Positions 23,675 to 33,064 of a stretch of 35,938 nt of DNA are shown in pieces (the first letter of the stretch is position 1; every line of letters starts with the position of its first letter). This DNA comes from a virus (lineage: Duplodnaviria > Caudoviricetes), in IMG/VR virus record IMGVR_UViG_3300006129_000017, positions 1 to 35,938 of that record; one strand, given 5' to 3'. The translations under genes and the position numbers were made by a program. Under the pieces are notes generated by a model. It did not search any database. It had not been told where the DNA came from and saw only the letters and a program-made list of their open reading frames with translations.

Positions 23675-24394
23675 TTAATGCGCGCCCATCGCGCGGCGCT
23701 CGTCAAACTCCTTTCGCAATCTTCCAGCGTCCATTTGGTCGAACCGCTCAAGCGCGCCGATCAGGTTGCGGGCCATCGACCGCACCACTGCGGCTTGGGC
23801 GTGAGCGTTGCGCTCCCCCGTCATCAGCGCGACCGTAAAGCGCCAGTCGATCTGGCCTTCGGTGACGATCCGCTTGGGCTCAAGCAGTTCCTGCAACAGG
23901 GCACGGTCGGATTTACCCATCCGCAACATGATCGCCTCGATTTCGCGCGCTGCTTGGATCTGGTGATCGTTGACCAGTTCCGCGCATCCGCCTCCCCCAG
24001 TGGTTTCTGGCTTGCTCCCATACCCTCGGCGCTTGGCGACCAGATTGGACATCCGCGTCACGGCATGGTTTCCGGCTTTCATGTCCGACGCCATCGGATC
24101 GCATGACGGAAGATCGGTCGGCAGAACGCGGTCAATCCACGACTTGCGCTTTCCCCGAACGCGCTTTCCGAGCGAGATCAATTGCACATCATCGTTCACC
24201 GGAAGCGCCAACGCTGCGACGTCGATCCCCTCCTCAGCTTCGGCTTTTGCCTTGACGATCCGGTTGACCTCGGCACGCTGCGCCATCTTGATTTTCGTCG
24301 CCACCTTGGCCGCCGCGATCTGCGCCGGGGATTTTGGTTTGTGTCGGGCCATCGGGATCTCCTCGTCGGATTTGCGGATTGAAAAAAGGTTCAC
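23675..24394 (-). CDS. Putative late-gene regulator (Q position)
   Basis: Last early-right gene before the late leader; helical C-terminus. Function from position only; the start may be the internal ATG at 24352. Confidence 0.5.
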   Translation of the reverse strand: MNLFSIRKSDEEIPMARHKPKSPAQIAAAKVATKIKMAQRAEVNRIVKAKAEAEEGIDVAALALPVNDDVQLISLGKRVRGKRKSWIDRVLPTDLPSCDPMASDMKAGNHAVTRMSNLVAKRRGYGSKPETTGGGGCAELVNDHQIQAAREIEAIMLRMGKSDRALLQELLEPKRIVTEGQIDWRFTVALMTGERNAHAQAAVVRSMARNLIGALERFDQMDAGRLRKEFDERRAMGAH

Positions 24395-25332
24395 GCCACG
24401 GCCGTTGGCTTCGCGCGCTCAAGCCCAAACTCGGCCAGGATTTCATCCGAGATCACGCAGCCGGGCTCATTGGGCTTTGGCCCCTTTCGCTCCTGCCAGT
24501 CCCGGTCGTTGACCCAGCCTTTCAGCCATAGCCGGTGGATGCGGGCTTGCTGGTCCGGCGGCGGGGACGGGGCCGGGCCCAGCGGCAACGCTGGCTCCTC
24601 GTCCATCCACGCCCCGGCGTTCAGCCAGGTCGCCGGGAGCTTGGTGAATTTCGGATCGGTGCAACGCCGGCCGTAAGCCTCGGCGGCCGAGACCAAAACC
24701 GCCAGCCGATCCTCCCCGACGACGAACTTCCAGGCTTGGTCGAAAGCCTTCCGAGCTTTGATCCGATCACCCTTTCGAGGGTAGGCGCGATACCACGTTT
24801 CGAAGTCCTGATCCGACGGCCTTTTTGGCTTGTCGGGAGGCGGGAAATTTCCCAACTCAAAATCTATAGATATATTCTTATCTTCTCTTATCTTATCTAG
24901 GGCCACAACGTTCTGATTTTCATAGGAAATTTCCTCGGAGATCTGGTGTTTTTTCCCGACACTTGCCGACTTCTCCTCGACACTTGCCGACTTCTCCCGG
25001 ACTTCTCCCCGACCTGACCTCGTTTTTTCCCGCCGAACAGAGTTCCTTTCCTCCTCGAATTTGCGGTTCGAAATGTAGGTTTGGCCATCCTCTTCAAACG
25101 TCATCAGCTTGCCCATTTCGATCAGCCTTCGGAGGATCGGGTTGAGCTTTTGGATGGCGCAATTGCAGTGCGAGGCGATGTATCGGCGGTCGTCCTCTAG
25201 CGGCCTCCAGGTAAGGTAGAGGAGGTCAAGTACGGTGTTGTATATCCCCCGCTCCTCAGGCGTAAGACTGGCCATTCCGGCCAGCGCCGCGGCTGGGTCG
25301 CGCCGATAAAAATGGTCTCCTCGGGCCGTCAT
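24391..25332 (-). CDS. Replication initiator (YdaU/DUF1376-like winged-helix N-terminus)
   Basis: FYRRDP...LTPEERGIYNTVLDLLY, ISNRKFEEE, FETWYRAYPRK, KLPATWLN; contains internal iterons. Confidence 0.8.
   Translation of the reverse strand: MTARGDHFYRRDPAAALAGMASLTPEERGIYNTVLDLLYLTWRPLEDDRRYIASHCNCAIQKLNPILRRLIEMGKLMTFEEDGQTYISNRKFEEERNSVRREKTRSGRGEVREKSASVEEKSASVGKKHQISEEISYENQNVVALDKIREDKNISIDFELGNFPPPDKPKRPSDQDFETWYRAYPRKGDRIKARKAFDQAWKFVVGEDRLAVLVSAAEAYGRRCTDPKFTKLPATWLNAGAWMDEEPALPLGPAPSPPPDQQARIHRLWLKGWVNDRDWQERKGPKPNEPGCVISDEILAEFGLERAKPTAVA
24858..25010. promoter_or_regulatory. Probable lambdoid replication origin (iterons + AT-rich tract)
   Basis: CGACACTTGCCGACTTCTCC at 24957 and 24978 (21-bp period), a third GACTTCTCCC at 25000, and the strand-asymmetric AT tract TATATTCTTATCTTCTCTTATCTTATCT at about 24871-24898. 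Confidence 0.7.
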
Positions 25333-26720
25333 GGTTGCCCCCTTAGGTCAGCGATAAAGTCAAAAGGCGCTCGATATTCCTGCGTGTCGGTCCCGACGGC
25401 GCCCATCCGTTGCTTCGCGCAGATCACGTCCAGCCGGAAGCGAGCGGCGTCGCATTTGATCTCCCACTCGTCGCGCTTGGTGGGGTCCTTGGGCTCGTTA
25501 CGCTCAAGGTAGTAGATCTCCCGATACGGGAAGAGCACGGCGTCGGCGTCCTGCTCAATCGAGCCCGACTCCCGAAGGTCCGAAAGCTGGGGCCGCTTGT
25601 CCTCGCGGCTTTCGACGGCGCGAGATAACTGGCTCAGGAGCACGATGCAGATCTGGGCTTGCCTTGCGATCTGTTTCAGTGCCGACGTCATATCCCCGAT
25701 CAGGAGGCTTTCGTTTCGGCTGGAGCCCGGCGGCCGGCGCATGAGCTGGAGATAATCAATCACCACGGCGGCGACCTCACCCTTGCGCTTCAGGCCCCAG
25801 ACCTTTCGCCGCACGTCCTCGACCGAAAGCGAATTGCAATCGTCAAGGATCAGGTTGCGAGGAACGCGGGACCTTGCGGCGATGACTGAGGCGAAGTCCT
25901 GGGCCGTCATTTCGCCGTTGCCCATCGCCCGATATTCAACGGCGGTTTCCCTTTCATATTCGTAGGTTAGCGCCGAAAGTTCACGGTGCATCATTTCCTC
26001 TGGGCTCATCTCGATGCCGCAGAAGAGGACCATCTCATTAGGGTTGCGAACCGCCGCGCCGTGGGCGACCGCTCGAGCGACCGAGGTCTTTCCCATGCCA
26101 GGGCGGCCGCCGATCACGACCAGCGCGCCGGGCCGTAGACCGCCAAGGCGCCGGTCGACGCAGCGAAGGCCCGTCAGCTTTCCCCGCTTCTTGCCGTGCC
26201 TGGCCATGTCCTCCATCCGCGCGACCGCAAGCTCGGCGGCGGCTGGGGCGTCGATCATGGTGAGCTCGGTCGGCGTCGCCCCGGCTTCGATCTCGTCAAG
26301 GGAATGTCGGATGCTGGCGAGCGCGATGAAGGCGCTTGAGCCCATGTCCGAAGATGCGACGACCGTGGCCTGCTGCCCAAAGGACGCAAGCTCGCGGCGG
26401 ATCGCCAGTTCATGAATCACGCTGGCCTGATCAGCGACCGCATAGGCCGGCGCCGAGTTCATCATCATGTCGGCAAGGTAGGCGAGGCCTCCGACTTCGA
26501 TCAGGGTAGCATCGTCCTTAAGGCGAAGCTCGACGGTGTGCGGGTCGGCAAACTTGCCGTCGCTGATCAGTTGCGACGCCGCGCCGAAGATCCGACCGTG
26601 AAGCGGCTCGAAGAAGTGCCGGGGCTCCAAACCGTCCAGCCGGGTCATGAGGGCGTTGTCCATGAACAGCGCGCCGATCACCCCTTGCTCGGCCTCAATG
26701 TTGGCTAGGGCCTTTTGCAT
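25329..26720 (-). CDS. dnaB: Replicative DNA helicase, DnaB family
   Basis: NIEAEQGVIGAL, GGRPGMGKTS, IDYLQLM, LSQLSRAVESREDKRPQLSDLRESGSIEQDAD. Confidence 0.95.
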   Translation of the reverse strand: MQKALANIEAEQGVIGALFMDNALMTRLDGLEPRHFFEPLHGRIFGAASQLISDGKFADPHTVELRLKDDATLIEVGGLAYLADMMMNSAPAYAVADQASVIHELAIRRELASFGQQATVVASSDMGSSAFIALASIRHSLDEIEAGATPTELTMIDAPAAAELAVARMEDMARHGKKRGKLTGLRCVDRRLGGLRPGALVVIGGRPGMGKTSVARAVAHGAAVRNPNEMVLFCGIEMSPEEMMHRELSALTYEYERETAVEYRAMGNGEMTAQDFASVIAARSRVPRNLILDDCNSLSVEDVRRKVWGLKRKGEVAAVVIDYLQLMRRPPGSSRNESLLIGDMTSALKQIARQAQICIVLLSQLSRAVESREDKRPQLSDLRESGSIEQDADAVLFPYREIYYLERNEPKDPTKRDEWEIKCDAARFRLDVICAKQRMGAVGTDTQEYRAPFDFIADLRGQP

Positions 26721-26890
26721 TGGCCCTCCGATGACATGATCTCGTTCGCTTTGATCGTCAGGCGATCGGCCAAATCCAGAATGGCCTGGCGCTGGCGACC
26801 GTCCAAGGACTGAGCAGCCGCGCGGTTTGCTGCGGCGGCCTTCAGGTAGGCTATGAAACTCGGCCGGGTCCATGTGACGCGCTTGGTCAT
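26705..26890 (-). CDS. Hypothetical protein, 61 aa
   Basis: ATGA-coupled to the methyltransferase. Confidence 0.55.
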   Translation of the reverse strand: MTKRVTWTRPSFIAYLKAAAANRAAAQSLDGRQRQAILDLADRLTIKANEIMSSEGQCKRP

Positions 26891-27795
26891 GCCAGCCCTG
26901 CCAAAGTGAGCAGAGACGGCGCCGCGCTCATGTTCTCGGCTTCGCGGAGGTTTTTGACGGCCTGCGTGAAATAGGAAGGCTTCAGTTCGGTGCCGATAAA
27001 TCGGCGGCCGGCCTTGAGGGACATATACCCTTCAGACCCAATGCCGGTGAACGGGCTAAAAACCGTATCGCCTGGGTTGCTCCAAAGCCTGACGCAACGC
27101 TCAATCAGGTCTAGTTGAAGAGGGCAAAGGTGACGCTCGTCCTTATCTTCGCGCGCAATTTTGGCGTTAAGAACGTTCGTCTGGTTGATGTCCATCCAGA
27201 CCGGTGATGCCCATTGTTGCCACTGATCGACCGGAAACAGGTTCCGATCTTGTGCAACGCGGTCTGTATCGGCCGCCTCGTCGTTCGGTGTCTTGCGGAA
27301 CACCAGCACATAATCCGGCATTCCCTGACGGTTGCGCGTCGCGTCTGTCTGAATCTGCTTGTAGAGCAGCCCGAGCGCCTTCGTTCGCTGCATCTCTACG
27401 ACGGGGTCTTTCCAAACCGTAATGCGGCTGTGATAGGTCCATCCCTCTGCCTCGTGGACCTCGCGAATGTCCGCCGGGAAATCGTATAGGCCGACGACGC
27501 CGTGCATCGACTTGGTTCGCGGAATGTCGGAACAGTGAACCGCAGTCAGCCTGCCAGGCTTGGTAATGCGGTACTTCTCGCGGACTAAATGGCGATAGAG
27601 CGCTTTGAATTCCGCCTCGTCCTTGACGTTGCCCATGTCGCGATCACTGTCCGAATAGACGAACAGATGCGCAAACGGCGGGGAATAGACCGAAAACCCT
27701 ATGGAATTGTCCGGCAGGCTCGAAGCGACTTCAACACAGTCGGCATTAAACACCGAGAAGCGGTCACCATGGACTTGATCAAGAACGCTGGTCAT
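26887..27795 (-). CDS. DNA methyltransferase (N4-C/N6-A, beta-class motif order)
   Basis: Catalytic YSPPF precedes the SAM-binding VFSPFTGIGSEG; HLCPLQLDLIER. Confidence 0.88.
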   Translation of the reverse strand: MTSVLDQVHGDRFSVFNADCVEVASSLPDNSIGFSVYSPPFAHLFVYSDSDRDMGNVKDEAEFKALYRHLVREKYRITKPGRLTAVHCSDIPRTKSMHGVVGLYDFPADIREVHEAEGWTYHSRITVWKDPVVEMQRTKALGLLYKQIQTDATRNRQGMPDYVLVFRKTPNDEAADTDRVAQDRNLFPVDQWQQWASPVWMDINQTNVLNAKIAREDKDERHLCPLQLDLIERCVRLWSNPGDTVFSPFTGIGSEGYMSLKAGRRFIGTELKPSYFTQAVKNLREAENMSAAPSLLTLAGLA

Positions 27796-29195
27796 GCGGC
27801 TATCCAGTTCGGAAGTTGAAGGGGTTTTGTTGGCGCGTAGGTCGTTGCGTGGACGACGTTTGCCGCCCGCTGCATCGCCTCAGTCATTTCGCGTTTCATG
27901 GCGTCGTGATCACCGGCCTTGCGGCTCACCACCTGCCAGATGGCTTCCTCGGTGTCGGCGCAGGCCACATGCACATCGACGGGCCGCGTCTGGCCGAAGC
28001 GGTAGCAGCGGCGGATGGCCTGATAGAAACTCTCGTATGAGAACGAGAGCCCGACGAAATCCATACGAGAGCAATGCTGCCAGTTGAGGCCATATCCGGC
28101 GACGGACGGCTTCGTGATGATGACTCGATCCTGACCCGTGCTGAATGCGGTCAGGCGGCTTTCCTTTTCGTCCGCCGTCATTGATCCGCGGACCTCAACG
28201 GCGCCAGGAATTCGCGCGGCGAGCGCATCGGCTTCATAGTCTGTATCGCACCAGACCACCCAAGCCTCGTTGGGTTCGGCCATAACCTTTTCCGCGATCA
28301 GGTCTGATCGAGCGTCGGTTGTCTGCCGCTTTTCCTTATGGATCGACGTTGCAGACGTGTCCGGCATACGGAAGAGCCGCGCCTGCCCGTCTTTTTCGTG
28401 GCCAGTGTCAGTTGACCGATCCGCCTTGACGATGTGGCGCGTCATGTTCAGCGGCGGCAGGTCATAGCCTTCGTCTGAAAATCCAAGGTCTGATGGTCGA
28501 GACACACATCGGGCCCAGCTCGCTACCCAATTCCAAAAGTCCAGAACCGCGTGACCCTTCATGCGCCACGTTCCGGTGTCCGCGCTGTCATGCAAAAACC
28601 AGCGATTGAGCATCATGTTTTGAGCCATCACGCCCAAAAACTCGGAGTGCTGGCCTAGCTCAACGTGATCGTTGGGCGCCGGGGTTGCGGTGCAAGCCAA
28701 GCGGTAGGGTGTGCGGCTGAATGTCTCAATCAGAGCGCGGGAAGTCTTGCCCATCATCGCCTTGACGATTGAACTTTCATCCAGGATCACGCCGCCGAAC
28801 AGGTCAGCGTCAAACTTCCCCACGCGCTCATAATTGGTGATGTAGACGCGCGGCTTGTCGATCTGCTCGGGCTCTCGGATTGCGATCGCGTCAATGTCAA
28901 ACTTTTCCGCTTCGCGTTGATGCTGACCGGACACCGCAAGGGGCGCCAGCATCAAAACAGGCCGGTTAGTGTGCTCGACGATCACCCTGCCCCAGTCCAA
29001 GGCGCAAAGCGTCTTTCCAAGGCCAGTGTCTAAAAACAAAGCCGCCGCCCCCTGTTGTAGGGCGAAATCGGTCACAGCCTGTTGATGCGGCTTCATGGCG
29101 GCAGATAGCGACGGGACGGAACTCAAGCCGCGCGGCCTAAACGCGACACGCTTTTGTCCGACGAGATTGTGATATTGGCTAAGGTTTCCCATCAT
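27792..29195 (-). CDS. SF2 / SNF2-like helicase
   Basis: DTGLGKT, ILDESS, TATPAPND, YGLNWQ, QAIRRCYRFGQ. Confidence 0.88.
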   Translation of the reverse strand: MMGNLSQYHNLVGQKRVAFRPRGLSSVPSLSAAMKPHQQAVTDFALQQGAAALFLDTGLGKTLCALDWGRVIVEHTNRPVLMLAPLAVSGQHQREAEKFDIDAIAIREPEQIDKPRVYITNYERVGKFDADLFGGVILDESSIVKAMMGKTSRALIETFSRTPYRLACTATPAPNDHVELGQHSEFLGVMAQNMMLNRWFLHDSADTGTWRMKGHAVLDFWNWVASWARCVSRPSDLGFSDEGYDLPPLNMTRHIVKADRSTDTGHEKDGQARLFRMPDTSATSIHKEKRQTTDARSDLIAEKVMAEPNEAWVVWCDTDYEADALAARIPGAVEVRGSMTADEKESRLTAFSTGQDRVIITKPSVAGYGLNWQHCSRMDFVGLSFSYESFYQAIRRCYRFGQTRPVDVHVACADTEEAIWQVVSRKAGDHDAMKREMTEAMQRAANVVHATTYAPTKPLQLPNWIAA

Positions 29196-29473
29196 TCAGC
29201 CCCCTCGAAGATCCGCTGAATTTCAATTTGCAGCATCGTCGCTTTCAGACTGACGGGCGCCTCAGGGACGGCCGTCAGAGCCGCAAGTGCGCTTCGCCGG
29301 TAGATCGCCGCCTCGGCCTCACTCAACGGGGCTAGGGCGGCGGCTATGTCAGCTCGCGCCCGTTCCACAATCCGCCGGCGCGCATCTCTGGCAGCCTTGC
29401 GCAGCATCATCGCGTGCGCGGATCGCTCGGCGCCGATAAGTTCGCTGGTCCTGACGACGACGGGGCGTTTCAT
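29192..29473 (-). CDS. Hypothetical protein
   Basis: ATGA overlaps at both ends. Confidence 0.6.
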   Translation of the reverse strand: MKRPVVVRTSELIGAERSAHAMMLRKAARDARRRIVERARADIAAALAPLSEAEAAIYRRSALAALTAVPEAPVSLKATMLQIEIQRIFEGAE

Positions 29474-29742
29474 GCGCAAACGCGCCCAGTCTTGCGCTGG
29501 CGCCGAACGTCAGCAATGTGCTGCTGTGCGCGCAGATACTCGCGGAAGGCTTTAGCCTGCGCCCGGGTGATACCGACCAGCCGACGATAAACCGGATCGG
29601 CATAGATCAGGTCGAGCAGCCGTTCGCTGGACTCATGCGCGGCTACCCGTTCCCGGAGATCATAATAGGCCGGGCTTTCGACATGAGCCGGGTAAGCGTT
29701 GCTCGGTTTGGCTGTGCTAATGAGTTTCCGCTCGCGCCTCAT
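29470..29742 (-). CDS. Hypothetical protein, 90 aa
   Basis: ATGA overlaps at both ends. Confidence 0.6.
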   Translation of the reverse strand: MRRERKLISTAKPSNAYPAHVESPAYYDLRERVAAHESSERLLDLIYADPVYRRLVGITRAQAKAFREYLRAQQHIADVRRQRKTGRVCA

Positions 29743-29984
29743 TTTCCGCTCCTGTTTTCGTTAGGGACGCCCCAGACCAGAAAGCTGATCTGCTGTGTTC
29801 GGCCCGCGTATTTCGGGACCTCGAAGCTGACCGTCGCCATGAAACCAGCGGGGCAGACCTCGACCTCGGCATGGGGCTCGAACTTGGCGAACTGGGCTTC
29901 TGCGCGGGTAAGCTCGACCAGCCCCGCTGGCATGGCCGATGCGCGGATCATTTCGACAGGAACCTTCCAGCGCGGGCCGATCAT
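29739..29984 (-). CDS. Hypothetical protein, 81 aa
   Basis: Start MIGPRWKVPVE overlaps the GcrA stop (ATGA). Confidence 0.55.
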   Translation of the reverse strand: MIGPRWKVPVEMIRASAMPAGLVELTRAEAQFAKFEPHAEVEVCPAGFMATVSFEVPKYAGRTQQISFLVWGVPNENRSGK

Positions 29985-30508
29985 GCGAAGATCCGCCACA
30001 AGTCCCGCGACGAACGCTGAATGACGGGCGTGGGCGGTTTTTTGCTCGGCTGCCTCGCCGTAAAAGCGACGGCCCGGTGAGCGCAACAATAGTTCCGCCC
30101 AACATCGACATGCGCGCCGCAAAAGCGAAAATTGTCGGATTGCGCCGGGTTATTGATCGGCCAGCGGCACTGGTTTCGTTCCAGATCCTCCAGCCGCAAA
30201 CCACCAACCGGAACCGTTTCGATTACCGCGGGCATTTTCGGCTTGGCCTTTTTGATGATTTCCGCCGCCTTTGCAGGATTGACGCCTTTCATCTTCAAAT
30301 TCTGGATCGGGTTTTTCTTGCGATTGGCTAAGCGGCTGTTTTCAAGGCCAATCGACTGGCTGCGCTCATAGCCAGCGCGGCGCATTTTGCCGATCACTGC
30401 ATTTCGGGTAAGGCCGCCTCCCAAATGATTAGCTATGCCTTGGGCTGTGGCGCCGGACGTCCACATTTTTCCAGCGGTTCGAATGTCTTCGTCTGTCCAG
30501 GCAAACAT
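29981..30508 (-). CDS. gcrA: GcrA-family cell-cycle regulator homologue
   Basis: WTDE...MWTSGATAQGIANHLGGGLTRNAVIGKMRR and DLERNQCRWPINNP...FRFCG...YCCAHRAVAF. Confidence 0.9.
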   Translation of the reverse strand: MFAWTDEDIRTAGKMWTSGATAQGIANHLGGGLTRNAVIGKMRRAGYERSQSIGLENSRLANRKKNPIQNLKMKGVNPAKAAEIIKKAKPKMPAVIETVPVGGLRLEDLERNQCRWPINNPAQSDNFRFCGAHVDVGRNYCCAHRAVAFTARQPSKKPPTPVIQRSSRDLWRIFA

Positions 30509-30572
30509 GAGCCTCTCCCAAGATGCGAATTCGATGTTTCAGCCCCGACGAACGTCAGGGGTATCAATCAGG

Positions 30573-31052
30573 TCAGCGATCCGACGCGCGGCGCGCAGGC
30601 GAGCGCTCCGTGCGATCTCGTTTGGAATTGCGAGCGGGCGCGTCGCCAAATCGAAGCCCTGACAGGCTCGCCAAATCACCCAGAGAACTGCGATCAAAGC
30701 GGGACTCGACCAAGGCGAGGCGCGCGGCCTCTTCAGCCGCTCGGCGTGCTTCATTTTCCAATTCCCGGATTTCTTGCTGAAGGACGCTTTGCAGCGTCTC
30801 GCCGGTCATGATCGTGCCCAGTTCGATGAGCAGTTTCAGACCGCCGCGCTTGTGGCGGATGATGGCGTTGATGGTGGATCGGCTGGCGATAGCGAAGACG
30901 ACGCCCTGCGCCTGTCCTCTCGTTAAATCCCACTCGGCCTGAACTTCCTCGACCGTCTTGGATGGCCAGCGACGCCGCACGATCCGCGCGATTGCGTTCT
31001 CAAGGCCGAACTGAAATTCTGAACTTCCTGCGAATTTATCGCGGTTTTCCAT
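30573..31052 (-). CDS. Putative regulator at CII position
   Basis: AAGGAAG upstream of MENRDKF; IVRRRWPSKTVEEVQAEWDLT helix-turn-helix-like segment; downstream of cro. Confidence 0.55.
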   Translation of the reverse strand: MENRDKFAGSSEFQFGLENAIARIVRRRWPSKTVEEVQAEWDLTRGQAQGVVFAIASRSTINAIIRHKRGGLKLLIELGTIMTGETLQSVLQQEIRELENEARRAAEEAARLALVESRFDRSSLGDLASLSGLRFGDAPARNSKRDRTERSPARRASDR

Positions 31053-31099
31053 AATCGCTTCCTTCATGGTTTAACCCATGAGGAAGGCCGGGAGGCGCG

Positions 31100-31282
31100 A
31101 TGCAGAGAACTCGAACCACGGAAAAAAAGCTGAAGCGAGCTATCGCCCTTGCTGTGGCAGCAGGGGCTTGCCGGGCGGCTGCGCGGAAGGACCCAAGAGC
31201 GCTGGCTGGGCTGTACAGATGTGCGGATAAATACGGAGATGAAGCGGCGACCCTGCTTGAGGACATATGCCGCGAAACGTGA
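31100..31282 (+). CDS. Small antisense-oriented hypothetical protein, 60 aa
   Basis: GGGAGG SD shortly before ATG; lies in the cro-CII gap. Confidence 0.45.
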   Translation: MQRTRTTEKKLKRAIALAVAAGACRAAARKDPRALAGLYRCADKYGDEAATLLEDICRET

Positions 31283-31536
31283 AATGCAGGCTTGAGAGGC
31301 ATCACCGGCAACAGAGAAAGAGGGTGCAACCTCTTTCCGCCCGACCCAGTGTTTACGGGTTTCCCCGCTGCCTCCCCGGATACGCCCCGCCTGCAAGGCA
31401 GCGGTGAAGTAAGTCGGGCGACTGGAAGGATTGAGACGGCAGGGCGTCGAGACGTTTCCTGCGGCCTCGCGCTTGGGCGCCAAGGGAAAAGCGCCCTCGC
31501 GTATTTCTTGGCCAGCGATGGTTAGCTGGCTTTGCA

Positions 31537-31749
31537 TCAGGCGGCTCGCCCTTTTGTGGCAGCTTCAAGGGCAAGAAGATCATCAAGGGTAACCCCATCA
31601 AGCGACTTCATGACCTCAGGCCAAGCAGAACGCGGAAGGGTGTTGCGATGCTTCCATTGATAGACGGCATTAGCCGCATAGCCGGTCGCGGCGGCTACCG
31701 CACTTGGTCCACCCTTTTGGTCAATAAATTGGGATACTTCGTTGCTCAT
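31537..31749 (-). CDS. cro: Cro-like HTH regulator
   Basis: FIDQKGGPSAVAAATGYAANAVYQWKHRNTLP; divergent from cI. The internal ATG is preferred because the upstream one lies inside an operator. Confidence 0.85.
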   Translation of the reverse strand: MSNEVSQFIDQKGGPSAVAAATGYAANAVYQWKHRNTLPRSAWPEVMKSLDGVTLDDLLALEAATKGRAA

Positions 31750-31759
31750 GACTGCATTC

Positions 31760-31805
31760 TTACTTTGGGTCATATTTTAGGGCAAGCAGATTTTACACAT
31801 GGTCA
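31760..31805. promoter_or_regulatory. Right operator: two TTAC-N5-GTCA sites
   Basis: TTACTTTGGGTCA (31760-31772) and TTACACATGGTCA (31793-31805). Confidence 0.75.
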
Positions 31806-31829
31806 GATGATTTGCGGCAAACGAGGGGC

Positions 31830-32609
31830 ATGACCGATTTAAGCCACCTCAAAGAGCCATGGCAGCGGCTGCATTGGGCGCGGCTGAACTGGCAACGCAC
31901 AAATTCTCTGCCGACGACGATGGTTGCGGCGGCTCGAGCGCTTGGCATGGATCAAAACACCTATTCGGCCTACGAGCGCGAACCGGGAAAGTCCAAGCAC
32001 ATTGAGATGGATCACGAGCGCGCAGTTCAATTCGCGCGAAAATTCAAATGCAATTGGGTATGGCTTTTAACTGGCGCGGATACGCCGTTTGCTAATTTGG
32101 AAAGCGAATTCGCTGTTACCCCGCAAGCAGGCGCAGTCAGAATGGTCCCACTTGTAGGGGAAGTGCGTGCAGGGGCTTTCTTGTCGATTACCGAGTCTTT
32201 TGAACCCAGAGAGACATTTGCCTATTATGACCCCCAATATGATCGCGCGGACCTGTTTGCATTGCGCGTGGCTGGCAATTCCATGAACCTAGAATATCCC
32301 GATGGGTCCATCGTCGTCTGTGCGCCAGCCGTTCAATCCGGCGTGTTCGAAGGCGACCACGTCATCCTTCAAATTCGTGATACGCTTGGTCGCGCCGAGA
32401 CCACACTTAAAGAAGTTCGCATGAACGGTGATCAGGTGGAGTTCTGGCCTCGTTCAAACGACCCAGCTCACCAAACGCCGTTCACACCGCCGCCACAGAC
32501 CGAGCACACCGACGTGGATTGGGAGGTGACGGGCATTGTAATCTCGACCATCACGAAACGTCCTCCGCGCCGTGGTCGTATGATCAATTTTGCGCCGGAA
32601 TATCTATGA
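31830..32609 (+). CDS. cI: CI-like repressor (HTH + S24 autopeptidase)
   Basis: AAARALGMDQNTYSAYER HTH, WVWLLTG, VGEVRAG cleavage site, LRVAGNSMN (Ser) and TTLKEV (Lys). Confidence 0.92.
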   Translation: MTDLSHLKEPWQRLHWARLNWQRTNSLPTTMVAAARALGMDQNTYSAYEREPGKSKHIEMDHERAVQFARKFKCNWVWLLTGADTPFANLESEFAVTPQAGAVRMVPLVGEVRAGAFLSITESFEPRETFAYYDPQYDRADLFALRVAGNSMNLEYPDGSIVVCAPAVQSGVFEGDHVILQIRDTLGRAETTLKEVRMNGDQVEFWPRSNDPAHQTPFTPPPQTEHTDVDWEVTGIVISTITKRPPRRGRMINFAPEYL

Positions 32610-33001
32610 TCTGGCGTTGGTGTGCGATTGTTAGCGTATTGACGTTCGCATCGTGCGGCCAGCGGCCTGTTCCGCCACCACCCGTTGCGCCGCCGCCTCA
32701 CCGCGCTGCGGTTATGGTTCAAACGTGGATCGTTAGCGGTCAACCGCCAAGCATCATTCAAATCGAATTTTCCGACTTTGCGATTTGCGAAACCGCTCGG
32801 CTCAAAGCCGTTGCCGCAGGAGATGATGCTAGGTTTGTGGCCACCCAGCGAAACAGCGAAGCGGTTGCAGCCGCTTCTCGACGGAATCGGTCATTCGTTT
32901 ACCCGCCAGGGGCCATGCCAACTGGTCCTTCAATAGAAATGGAAAAGGCAATGAAGGGCGAGCCCGTTCCTTCCATGTCTGCCGTTTGCCTTGAGCGATA
33001 G
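32606..33001 (+). CDS. Predicted lipoprotein co-transcribed with cI
   Basis: ATGA overlap with cI; MIWRWCAIVSVLTFAS-C lipobox followed by a Pro-rich linker. Confidence 0.65.
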   Translation: MIWRWCAIVSVLTFASCGQRPVPPPPVAPPPHRAAVMVQTWIVSGQPPSIIQIEFSDFAICETARLKAVAAGDDARFVATQRNSEAVAAASRRNRSFVYPPGAMPTGPSIEMEKAMKGEPVPSMSAVCLER

Positions 33002-33064
33002 CCGATAAACGCCGCAACCGATTTGCCCATTGTGATCGTCGCTGAAAAGGCGTGCGAATAATTC

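Noticed and set aside
26887-29195. Type III restriction-modification or DISARM-like defence system
   Set aside because: No nuclease domain or other partner genes; a short helicase + MTase pair is a common phage replication-region module.
31064-31537. 157-aa minus ORF coupled to the cro stop
   Set aside because: Ser/Arg/Pro-rich non-globular composition and conflict with the SD-bearing plus ORF; cannot be supported, though not excluded.
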